The notes below the pieces were generated by a model. That model made no database searches. It was given only the letters and a program-made list of their open reading frames with translations, and was not told the DNA's origin. The position numbers and the translations under genes were made by a program. A DNA stretch of 64,000 nucleotides from Bernardetiaceae bacterium (lineage in GTDB: Bacteria; Bacteroidota; Bacteroidia; Cytophagales; Bernardetiaceae), in NCBI GenBank assembly GCA_036822015.1, contig DAISIL010000002.1, positions 11,268 through 75,267 of the forward strand. Direction: 5' to 3'. This document shows, in pieces, positions 25,122 to 33,246 of this stretch; the first letter of the stretch is position 1; each line of letters begins with the position of its first letter.

Positions 25122-27545
25122 ATGGATCACCTGACCAAAGACTGCTTCATCTCCTATGGCCGCCGCGAAAGCCTTAGTTTTGTGGCGCATCTGCACCGAG
25201 CGTTGGTCTTATCCGGGCATACGGCCTGGTTTGATAAGGTGAACATCCCCGACGGCGAAGCCTATGACCGTCGGATCACGAACGGCATCGAGTCGGCGGA
25301 TAACTTCGTCTCCGTGATGGCTCCCCGCTGCCTGACCTCGCCTTATTGTTTGGTCGAACTCGAGTATGCCCGTGTGCTGGGCAAGCGCATCATCCCCATC
25401 AACCAGATGGTCATCTTCAAGACCGATGCCCAGGAGCTATCCAAAGGCGATCAGGCGGTGCTTGCCAACTTTTATGCCACCCACGGAATGCCCGACGCGG
25501 GTATTCGTACCACCCAGGATGTGCTTGACCGAACGCTTGCCTTGATCGGAACAACGGACTGGCTCGATGGCAAACAAATCCTATCCGACAACGACTGCTT
25601 ACGCCTCCAAGAGTGGGCCCAGAGCTACGAAAACCAATGGCATCGCCACGAAGATACCGCCTATCTAAGCGATCTCCGAATGCCTACCTTTGGGCAAATC
25701 ACGGACCAGATACCCGAAATCCTGGAGCGGATGCTGCTTGTCATTGAACGGCAAAAGACTTACGTACAAGAGCATACACGTATCACCCTCGATGCCCTCC
25801 ACTGGGCAAGCAACCAAAAATCAACCAATTATCTCGCCGTGGGCAAGGAGCGCAAGCAAGCCGAAGACTGGCTCCTGACCGAGTTTACGCCTCCTAAGCA
25901 GCCGCCCTGTACGCCCAGCGACATCTTGTGTGATTTTGTGGTAGAATCCCGAAAGAACGCCGAGAACCGCCACACCGATATTTTTATTTGCTATGCCGCC
26001 GAGGATAAAGCGATCCGAGATCAGGTCATCCGCGCCCTCTCGCGGCACGCCCTGACGACCTGGATACACGATAAGGACATCCAAAAAGGAGCCGAGTATG
26101 GCCGAGCCATTGAGCAGGGCATCGAAGGGGCAGATAACTTTTTCTTCTTCGTCTCGCCCCAGTCGGTCAAGTCCGAGTATTGCCTCAAAGAGCTCAACCA
26201 CGCCATCCTGTACCACAAACGCCTGGTGCCGCTCCTGATTCATTCCACGCCTGAGGCGGATATTCCCGAAGCCTTGCGCGGCTTACAGTACATTGACTTC
26301 ACCGACAACACCACGGAGAGTGATTTTGCCGCCGATCTCGACGACATCCTGAACCTGCTACACCAGGATCACGAGTACTACGAAGAACACAAAATCCTCC
26401 TCAACCGCGCCTTGCGCTGGCAGGAGTCGGGCCGCAAAAATGCGTTTTTGTTGCGCGGCTTTAACCTCGAAAATGCCAAAACCTGGCTACGCCTCCACGA
26501 AAAACGCCAGCAAAATCCGCCCCTGGATATTCATCGCCAACTCATCGAGACCAGCGAAGCCCTCAAAGGACAACTCGGAACGGATGTCTTTGTCTCCTAC
26601 TCCCGCAAAGACGGTGATTTTGCCCGTAAGCTCAACACCCGTCTCCAGGAAGCCGGCAAGACGACCTGGTTCGATCAGGAGAGCATCAGCTCGGGAGTCG
26701 ATTTTGAAAAAGAGATTTACAAAGGTATCGACGGGGCGGATAACATCGTCTTTTTGATCTCCCCAGATTCGATTGCCTCCGAGTACTGCGAACGGGAGGT
26801 AGCCTATGCCGCCCAACTCGGCAAACGCTTCATTACCCTCCTCTGCCGCCCCACCGATCCCCAGATGATGCCCGAAGTCTTGAGGGTCATCAACTGGATC
26901 GACTTTCACAGCAAGGCTTTCGATAAAGTCTTCCCCGAACTCATCCAGGAACTCGACTTAGATCGTGAACACGTTCAGCAGCACACCAAGCTCCAACAAC
27001 GCGCCCTCGAGTGGGCCGAAAACGACCACAGCCCCGATTTCTTGCTCAACGACATGGCCTGCCAGAAAGCCCAGCTTTGGCGCACGGCCGCCACGGAGGG
27101 CAAACCCAAAAACCCACCCCCAACAGCTTTGCAGCAACAGTACATCCAGCAAAGCCTAGAAGCCATTGAGCAAGCCAAAGCACAAGAACGCGCCGTTGCC
27201 CGCTCCCTCAAAAAACGCCTGCGCCTAGCCCGCATCGCGCTCGGCGTGGCAGCCTTGCTTTTGCTTGTGGCTGGCTTTGCGACGACACAAGCACTGATGA
27301 GCGAGAAAAAAGCAGCCTTTGCCCTACAGCAAGCCCTCGAAGCCGAGGAGAAAGCCCACCAAAACGAAATATACGCTATGGCGGCCCTGGATAGTGTCCG
27401 CCAGATTGAGATCGACAAAAAACTCAAGCTGGCCGAGAACTACATCAACTTCGGCGAAAAAGAACTAGCCCAACAGGCACTCGAAGATGTCCTGCGCCTC
27501 GACCCCAACAACACCGATGCCCAACAAAAACAGAAGAGCCTTTGA
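25122..27545 (+). CDS. Membrane-anchored protein with three tandem TIR (TIR_2-type) domains, a C-terminal TM helix and a short TPR/coiled-coil tail
   Basis: Three repeats of the TIR_2 pattern: CFISYGRRESLSFVAHLHRAL...ADNFVSVMAPRCLTSPYCLVELEYA; DIFICYAAEDKAIRDQVIRAL...ADNFFFFVSPQSVKSEYCLKELNHA; DVFVSYSRKDGDFARKLNTRL...ADNIVFLISPDSIASEYCEREVAYA. Each is followed by a conserved helical linker (RALxW...FLLxGxxLxxAxxW). TM helix LARIALGVAALLLLVAGFATTQAL near the C-terminus. Confidence 0.75.
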   Translation: MDHLTKDCFISYGRRESLSFVAHLHRALVLSGHTAWFDKVNIPDGEAYDRRITNGIESADNFVSVMAPRCLTSPYCLVELEYARVLGKRIIPINQMVIFKTDAQELSKGDQAVLANFYATHGMPDAGIRTTQDVLDRTLALIGTTDWLDGKQILSDNDCLRLQEWAQSYENQWHRHEDTAYLSDLRMPTFGQITDQIPEILERMLLVIERQKTYVQEHTRITLDALHWASNQKSTNYLAVGKERKQAEDWLLTEFTPPKQPPCTPSDILCDFVVESRKNAENRHTDIFICYAAEDKAIRDQVIRALSRHALTTWIHDKDIQKGAEYGRAIEQGIEGADNFFFFVSPQSVKSEYCLKELNHAILYHKRLVPLLIHSTPEADIPEALRGLQYIDFTDNTTESDFAADLDDILNLLHQDHEYYEEHKILLNRALRWQESGRKNAFLLRGFNLENAKTWLRLHEKRQQNPPLDIHRQLIETSEALKGQLGTDVFVSYSRKDGDFARKLNTRLQEAGKTTWFDQESISSGVDFEKEIYKGIDGADNIVFLISPDSIASEYCEREVAYAAQLGKRFITLLCRPTDPQMMPEVLRVINWIDFHSKAFDKVFPELIQELDLDREHVQQHTKLQQRALEWAENDHSPDFLLNDMACQKAQLWRTAATEGKPKNPPPTALQQQYIQQSLEAIEQAKAQERAVARSLKKRLRLARIALGVAALLLLVAGFATTQALMSEKKAAFALQQALEAEEKAHQNEIYAMAALDSVRQIEIDKKLKLAENYINFGEKELAQQALEDVLRLDPNNTDAQQKQKSL

Positions 27546-27555
27546 GTAGGCTAGC

Positions 27556-28395
27556 TTACGCGCCCGTATTCGTGTTCGTGTTGTTGCGTAGATGCACCAC
27601 ACGCTGCGGGAACGGAATCTCTACGCCGTTGGCATCTAAGGCTTTCTTAACTGCCTCCGTAACACCAAAATAAACATCCCAGTAGTTGGCTGGTGTGGCG
27701 TATGGACGTACCGCCAACGTAACGGCACTGTCATCGAGGGAGAGGACGTTCACCGATGGAGCAGGCGTTTTTTCTACTTTGGGGTCTTTCTCCATGACCT
27801 CCATCATCACCTGACGTGCCTTATCAATGCTGGCTCCGTAAGCAATGCCAATTTCGAGATCGACGCGGAGCGTACCATGCTTAGAGAAGTTGTTAATTAC
27901 GCCATTGGAGAGCGGCCCGTTCGGGATGATGACCGTCTTTTGGTCGGGGGTAAGGATCGTTGTTACAAAGATTTGAATCTCCTGTACTTCTCCGAAGTAC
28001 CCCTGAGCCTCAACCAAATCGCCGACGCGAAAAGGCTTAAAGATCATTATCAAGACCCCACCGGCGAAGTTTGAGAGGCTGCCCTGTAAAGCCAAGCCCA
28101 CGGCCAGAGATGCCGCGCCCAGTACCGCAAAAAACGAGGTCGTGTTGATGCCCAACATGCCGGCCACCGTCAGGAGTACCAACACCTTGATCGTTACGCT
28201 GGCCAGGCTCCGCAAAAAGCGGCTGATCGTCGGGTCTTTGATCGCCCGTTCGCTGGCTGCATAAACCAGGTTGGCCAACTTACCCGCAATCCAAAAGCCG
28301 ATCATAAGGGCCACCAAGCCGTAGATCAACTTAAGTCCGTACTCGGCAAACAACTTTGGCAACTCGTTTTGAAGAAATTCTAAAAGTGCTTCCAT
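27556..28395 (-). CDS. Small-conductance mechanosensitive channel (MscS family)
   Basis: Three TM helices, then the MscS pore/beta-domain motifs GVLIMIFKPFRVGDLVE...VQEIQIFVTTILTPDQKTVIIPNG. Confidence 0.8.
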   Translation of the reverse strand: MEALLEFLQNELPKLFAEYGLKLIYGLVALMIGFWIAGKLANLVYAASERAIKDPTISRFLRSLASVTIKVLVLLTVAGMLGINTTSFFAVLGAASLAVGLALQGSLSNFAGGVLIMIFKPFRVGDLVEAQGYFGEVQEIQIFVTTILTPDQKTVIIPNGPLSNGVINNFSKHGTLRVDLEIGIAYGASIDKARQVMMEVMEKDPKVEKTPAPSVNVLSLDDSAVTLAVRPYATPANYWDVYFGVTEAVKKALDANGVEIPFPQRVVHLRNNTNTNTGA

Positions 28396-28560
28396 GATTG
28401 AATGGTTGAGGAGAGAAAAAAACCAAATAGAAATCCAAATTTAAGTAAATCAACGTTAAGAAAAGTACATTACTTGCCTTTTTTTTCTCTTCAATGAACA
28501 TTTGGAAAATTGCTCGGGCTTCCGTAATTTGCTGAACAAACAAAACAACACAGACTACCC

Positions 28561-29052
28561 ATGAAAAAATTGTTGATCGCCCGCCATGCCCGCACCGAAG
28601 AGGCCGGCAAGGACGATGCCCACCGCACCCTAAGCGAAACAGGCATTACGGATACCCGTGAAATGGGACAAAAATTGAAAGCAAAGCATATCAAAGTGGA
28701 CAAAATATACAGTTCGCATTTGCGCCGGGCCGTCGCTACGGCACAAATACTAGGGCAGGTCTTGAACTTTCCACAAGAAAATATCGAAGAGATTGCCCCC
28801 GACTACCACAGCAGCCCCGAGGAGCTGTTGGCTTTTGTTCAGCAACTCGACGATGCGTTGGATACCGTCTTGATCGTCAATCACAACACCCCTGTTACGC
28901 ATCTGGTGGACTTGCTCACCAACACCACCCAAGAAATGCTCAACCCATCTTGTGTAGCCGAGGTTGATTTTGAGATTGAGCATTGGAGCGAAGTGGTAGC
29001 CGGCAAAGGCAAGCTCATCAAGATCGAACACCCCAGTTTTGACCACTACTAA
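28561..29052 (+). CDS. Histidine phosphatase superfamily protein (SixA-like phosphohistidine phosphatase)
   Basis: N-terminal LLIARHA (RHG-type catalytic His motif), ~160 aa, second conserved His region VNHN. Confidence 0.6.
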   Translation: MKKLLIARHARTEEAGKDDAHRTLSETGITDTREMGQKLKAKHIKVDKIYSSHLRRAVATAQILGQVLNFPQENIEEIAPDYHSSPEELLAFVQQLDDALDTVLIVNHNTPVTHLVDLLTNTTQEMLNPSCVAEVDFEIEHWSEVVAGKGKLIKIEHPSFDHY

Positions 29053-29055
29053 GCC

Positions 29056-29850
29056 ATGTCAGATAAGACGCTGTACGCTGCCTTCACGGATCCGCAGGCG
29101 CGTTGCCTGATCGCGGGCCCGTGCGTGATGGAAAGCCAGGAACTGCTTTTTGAGGTAGCCGAAAAAGTACAAAAGATCGCAGAAAAACAAGGGTTTACCT
29201 ATGTTTTTAAAGCCTCCTTCGACAAAGCCAACCGCACCTCGCTGGATTCCTTCCGAGGGCCAGGCCTTGAAAAAGGCCTTCGCTGGATGGAGGCGGTTAA
29301 GGAGCGGTTTGGTGTGCCGCTCACGACGGACGTACACGAGACGGCACAGGTAGCAGCCCTGGGAGAAGTCGTGGATATTATCCAGATTCCGGCCTTTCTT
29401 TGTCGCCAAACCGATCTGCTCCTGGCTGCCGGACAGACGGGCAAGATCGTCAATGTCAAGAAAGGGCAGTTCTTGACCGGAAAAGACATGCGCCATGCCT
29501 TACCCAAGATTCAAAGCACGGGCAACCACCAAATCCTGCTCACCGAGCGCGGCAATAGCTACGGAAACAATAACCTGGTTGTTGATTTTCGTAATGTTGT
29601 CGATATGTTGCAACTAGGCGTACCCGTCGTGATGGATGCCACCCACTCGGCACAGCTCCCCGGCGGGGCCGATGGAAAAAGTAGCGGCAATCGGGACTAT
29701 GCTTTGCCGCTGGCCAGGGCGGCCGCTTCCCTGGGGGTGCGGGCCTTCTTCATCGAAACCCACCCCAAACCAGAACTGGCCCTCTCTGACGGACCAAACA
29801 TGATTCCGTTGGACGAACTAGAAGAGACCTTGAAAAAGTTGAAGATTTAG
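29056..29850 (+). CDS. kdsA: 3-deoxy-8-phosphooctulonate (KDO-8-P) synthase
   Basis: Full-length match to the KdsA pattern (LIAGPCVMES..., FKASFDKANRTS, VMDATHS, FIETHP). Confidence 0.9.
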   Translation: MSDKTLYAAFTDPQARCLIAGPCVMESQELLFEVAEKVQKIAEKQGFTYVFKASFDKANRTSLDSFRGPGLEKGLRWMEAVKERFGVPLTTDVHETAQVAALGEVVDIIQIPAFLCRQTDLLLAAGQTGKIVNVKKGQFLTGKDMRHALPKIQSTGNHQILLTERGNSYGNNNLVVDFRNVVDMLQLGVPVVMDATHSAQLPGGADGKSSGNRDYALPLARAAASLGVRAFFIETHPKPELALSDGPNMIPLDELEETLKKLKI

Positions 29851-29858
29851 TGGGATTT

Positions 29859-29935
29859 GGTAGCGAGGGGGGGAATTGAACCCCCGACCTCCGGGTTATG
29901 AATCCGACGCTCTAACCATCTGAGCTACCTCGCCA
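29859..29935 (-). tRNA. tRNA-Met (anticodon CAU); elongator-type or lysidine tRNA-Ile2 cannot be distinguished by eye
   Basis: Reverse complement GGCGAGGTAGCTCAGATGGTTAGAGCGTCGGATTCATAACCCGGAGGTCGGGGGTTCAATTCCCCCCCTCGCTACCA folds as a cloverleaf (7-bp acceptor stem, D-arm GCTC/GAGC, anticodon loop TTCATAA, T-arm GGGGG-TTCAATT-CCCCC, encoded CCA). Confidence 0.85.
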
Positions 29936-30008
29936 GTACTTAGGGAACGCAAAAGTAACATCCCGTATCTTCAAATCCAAACCCGACCGCACAAAAAAAA
30001 TAACGCCC

Positions 30009-30743
30009 ATGGATAAGATACTGATTGTGGAGGATAACAAGCTGACCTATAACAATCTTGCGGCAGAGCTAGAAGATGCCGGCTATCAAGTCATGGACTA
30101 CACGCCCACAGGAGAACTCGCCCTCGAGCGGCTGGAGGAAAATCCCGATTTGGTGGTGTTGGATATTCAGTTGGCGGGCAAACTGAACGGTATTGCTGTT
30201 GCTCGGGCGATAGGGGAGCGTTTTTCGATACCCTTTATCTATTTGAGTTCTTACACCGAAAAGATGAACCAAGCCAAAAGCACCGCGCCCTTTGCCTTCC
30301 TGCCCAAGCCCGTTTCGGGAGAGGAACTCGAGCAAAAAATACGGGAATTACTCCTGGCTTGTAAGCAGTTACGCGGGAAAGACAAAAGGGAGGTCGCTGA
30401 TACGGCATCCGTCTTTTTCCCGAAGCGCAACGAAAAAGTACGCATTCGCCTCTCCGATATACAGTTTGTCGAGGCCGAGTCTCATCATGTGCTGCTGCAC
30501 ACCGATCAGCAGCGGCACGCGATCAGTCAGACGCTCCAAGAACTCCTCGATCACATCAGCGGATCTGTGCCGAACCATGGGCTGCTGCGCGTCCATCGCT
30601 CTTATCTGGTCAATATCAGCCGCATCGCTTCTGTGAAGGGAAGCACCCGCAATTATACGCTTTTGGTGGAGGGATGTCCCAAAGAAATCCCCGTTGGGCG
30701 TAGCTACGAAGCCCAAATGCTAATCGTGATGGGCTTGAAATAA
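30009..30743 (+). CDS. LytTR-family response regulator (REC + LytTR DNA-binding domain); orphan, with no adjacent kinase
   Basis: REC motifs ILIVEDN...VLDIQL...KP. C-terminal LytTR block VRIRLSDIQFVEAESHHVLLHT...LRVHRSYLVNISRI. Confidence 0.85.
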   Translation: MDKILIVEDNKLTYNNLAAELEDAGYQVMDYTPTGELALERLEENPDLVVLDIQLAGKLNGIAVARAIGERFSIPFIYLSSYTEKMNQAKSTAPFAFLPKPVSGEELEQKIRELLLACKQLRGKDKREVADTASVFFPKRNEKVRIRLSDIQFVEAESHHVLLHTDQQRHAISQTLQELLDHISGSVPNHGLLRVHRSYLVNISRIASVKGSTRNYTLLVEGCPKEIPVGRSYEAQMLIVMGLK

Positions 30744-30794
30744 CCTTTGGCGAAGTTCTTGCGTAAGGGAAAGTGTATCAAAAACACTAAGCCC

Positions 30795-33242
30795 ATGTCC
30801 GATTCCAACCGCGAGCGCGATCTCGTCCTGGCTCCCAACGAGTACGCCTTCATCTCTGACCAAACCAAAGGCAACATCAACGTCTATGTGGGGCCCTACA
30901 AAACCAGCCTAGCCAACACCGACAAGCCCGTTGCGTTCGATGACCAAAGCAAGCGTTTCTTGCGCTGCTCCCTCGATGAATCCACGCAGACCTTTACCGT
31001 AGCCCCCGAGGGCTGGTATATCATCCTCAAAAACCCACCCAAGCACGGCGATCAACCCAAAAACGGCACCAACAACAGCCTAGCCGAGCTCAACGTAGGC
31101 CGTAAGATCAACATCCCGGGACCGAAGCACTTTGCGCTCTGGCCAGGGCAGATGGTGCGCGTCGTGAGAGGGCATCATTTGCGCTCCAACCAATACCTGG
31201 TCGTTCGGGTCTATGACGAGGAAGAAGCCCGCCAAAACTGGGGCAAGGCCGTCATCAAGACCAAAAACGAAGAAAAAAACGATCAGCCCCTGACAGCGGA
31301 AGAAATCCCCGACTTAACCATGGGCAAGACCTTGATTATTAAAGGTGATGCTGTTTCGTTTTACATTCCCCCGACGGGTGTGGAGGTCGTCCGAGAGACC
31401 AACGGGGAGTACGTCCGGGAGGCCGTTACGCTCGAGCGGCTCGAGTACTGCATCCTTCTGGAGGAGGACGGCAACAAGCGGTTCATTCAGGGGCCGGCCG
31501 TCGTTTTTCCCAAACCCACGGAGGAGTTTGTGCAGCGCAACGGCTCCCGTAAGTTTTTGTCCATTGAGCTAAACGAGATGAGTGGCTTGTATATCAAGGT
31601 GATCGCTCCCTACACCGAGGACGGCAAGACCTACAAAGAAGGCGACGAGTTGTTTATCACCGGCAAAGAACAGATGATCTATTACCCGCGCCCCGAACAC
31701 GCAATCATCAAGTATGGCAAGCGCGAAAAACACTTTGCCGTAGCCATCCCCGACGGCGAAGGACGCTACTACCTCAATCGAAAGACGGGCAAGGTAGCCC
31801 TCCAGCGCGGCCCGGCCATGTTTCTGCCCGACCCACGGGCGTTTGTTTTGGTGAGGCGCATCCTCGAAGAGAAGCAGGTGCAGTTGTGGTTTCCGGGCAA
31901 CGAAGAAGCCCTCCGCTACAACAAAGCCCTGCAACAGATCGCCAAAAGCCCCCAAGAAAAATACGTCGCCGCACAGGAGGTCGATCAATCTCCCAAAATG
32001 GCCGTTGGGGCAGCACCCATGCCAGAGGTGCGCAAACGCGAGAAACCCTCCAAAGAGGTAGCCAGTGAGGAGTTTGAGCGCGGCGAAAGCTATACCCCTC
32101 CCCGAACGGTTACTCTGGACAACAAATACGACGGTGCCGTAACGATCAATGTCTGGACGGGATACGCCATCCTGGTCGTGAGCAAGACCGGCAAACGCAA
32201 GGTCATCACGGGGCCGCACACCTACCTGCTCGAGTACGACGAGACTCTCGAAGCCATGACGCTCTCCACGGGAACACCCAAGACAGAAGAAAACCCACTC
32301 CGAACGGTCTATTTGCGCGTTCTTCACAACCGAATTTCGGATGTCATCCTGGCCGAGTCGTCAGATTTTACGCAAGTTTCGCTGACGCTTTCGTATCGGG
32401 TCAATTTTGAGGGGGAAGCGGAGAAGTGGTTTAATGTTGAAAATTTTGTTAAATTCTTGACCGATCATCTCCGTTCCTTTGTCCGTAATGTGGTCAAGAA
32501 GCATACGATCATGGATTTTTATGCCAAAGGCGTGGATATTTTGCGGGATGCCATTTTGGGTGTTTCCGAAGGAGGCAAACGTCCCGGGCGGCTTTTTGAG
32601 GAAAACGGTATGCGCATCTACGATGTAGAGGTTTTGAATGTCCACCTGACCGACAAGAGCATTGAGCAGCTCCTGATCTCGGCCCAGCAGGAGGTCGTCA
32701 AGCAGACCTTGCGCATCGAAGCCGAAAAACGCAAGTTGGAGTTTACCCAATCGAGCGAGCAGATCGCGCAGCAGATCGCCAAAACCGAATCGGAGACCAA
32801 ACAAAACGCCTTCGGTCTCCAGATTCAGGAAGCCCAAAAGGAACTCGAACTCACCCTGGCACAACTCCAAAAGGTCATCCAGGAGGAGGAAGCCCAGCTC
32901 CAGGCACGCCTGGCCCAGCAGCAAAGCCTCAACGCCATCACGACGGCAGAGATCGAACGCCAACGCCAGCGCGAAGCCCAGACGCTCGAAACACAACAAG
33001 CCCAGCTCCAACAGCAGCTTACCTTGCTCAAAGGAGAAGTGGAGGCAACGGTCAGCAAAGCCCAGGCGATCTCCCCCGATTTGATCGCGGCCATGCAGGC
33101 TTTCTCCGACAAAGCCCTGGCCCAAAAGATGGCCGACTCGATGGCACCTTTGGCCATCCTGGGTGGGCGTAGCGTAGCCGATGTTTTTGCGCAGCTCCTC
33201 AAAGGCTCGGGCATCGAACACGTTTTGCAGCAAAACCCGTAA
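30795..33242 (+). CDS. Bacterial homolog of the major vault protein (MVP): N-terminal MVP repeat domains + SPFH-like shoulder domain + C-terminal cap-helix coiled coil
   Basis: N-terminus LVLAPNEYAFISDQTKGNINVYVGPYK parallels vertebrate MVP [27 protein letters not shown]. Shoulder region NGMRIYDVEVLNVHLTDKSIEQLLISAQQEVVKQTLRIEAE parallels [36 protein letters not shown]. Long Q/E/A-rich coiled coil follows. Length 816 aa versus ~860 aa for eukaryotic MVP. ATG at 30795 preferred; the tracked TTG is at 30747. Confidence 0.8.
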   Translation: MSDSNRERDLVLAPNEYAFISDQTKGNINVYVGPYKTSLANTDKPVAFDDQSKRFLRCSLDESTQTFTVAPEGWYIILKNPPKHGDQPKNGTNNSLAELNVGRKINIPGPKHFALWPGQMVRVVRGHHLRSNQYLVVRVYDEEEARQNWGKAVIKTKNEEKNDQPLTAEEIPDLTMGKTLIIKGDAVSFYIPPTGVEVVRETNGEYVREAVTLERLEYCILLEEDGNKRFIQGPAVVFPKPTEEFVQRNGSRKFLSIELNEMSGLYIKVIAPYTEDGKTYKEGDELFITGKEQMIYYPRPEHAIIKYGKREKHFAVAIPDGEGRYYLNRKTGKVALQRGPAMFLPDPRAFVLVRRILEEKQVQLWFPGNEEALRYNKALQQIAKSPQEKYVAAQEVDQSPKMAVGAAPMPEVRKREKPSKEVASEEFERGESYTPPRTVTLDNKYDGAVTINVWTGYAILVVSKTGKRKVITGPHTYLLEYDETLEAMTLSTGTPKTEENPLRTVYLRVLHNRISDVILAESSDFTQVSLTLSYRVNFEGEAEKWFNVENFVKFLTDHLRSFVRNVVKKHTIMDFYAKGVDILRDAILGVSEGGKRPGRLFEENGMRIYDVEVLNVHLTDKSIEQLLISAQQEVVKQTLRIEAEKRKLEFTQSSEQIAQQIAKTESETKQNAFGLQIQEAQKELELTLAQLQKVIQEEEAQLQARLAQQQSLNAITTAEIERQRQREAQTLETQQAQLQQQLTLLKGEVEATVSKAQAISPDLIAAMQAFSDKALAQKMADSMAPLAILGGRSVADVFAQLLKGSGIEHVLQQNP

Positions 33243-33246
33243 AAGT

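Noticed and set aside
25821-26243. 140-aa minus-strand ORF inside the triple-TIR gene
   Set aside because: Antisense to a reading frame with three clear TIR repeats. No independent support.
30747-30794. Tracked MVP start at 30747 (MAKFLRKGKCIKNTKP...) only 3 nt after the LytTR stop
   Set aside because: The codon at 30747 is TTG. The first ATG (30795, MSDSNRERDLV...) coincides with the start of MVP homology. The early start is treated as an ORF-caller artefact, though translational coupling from the TTG cannot be excluded.
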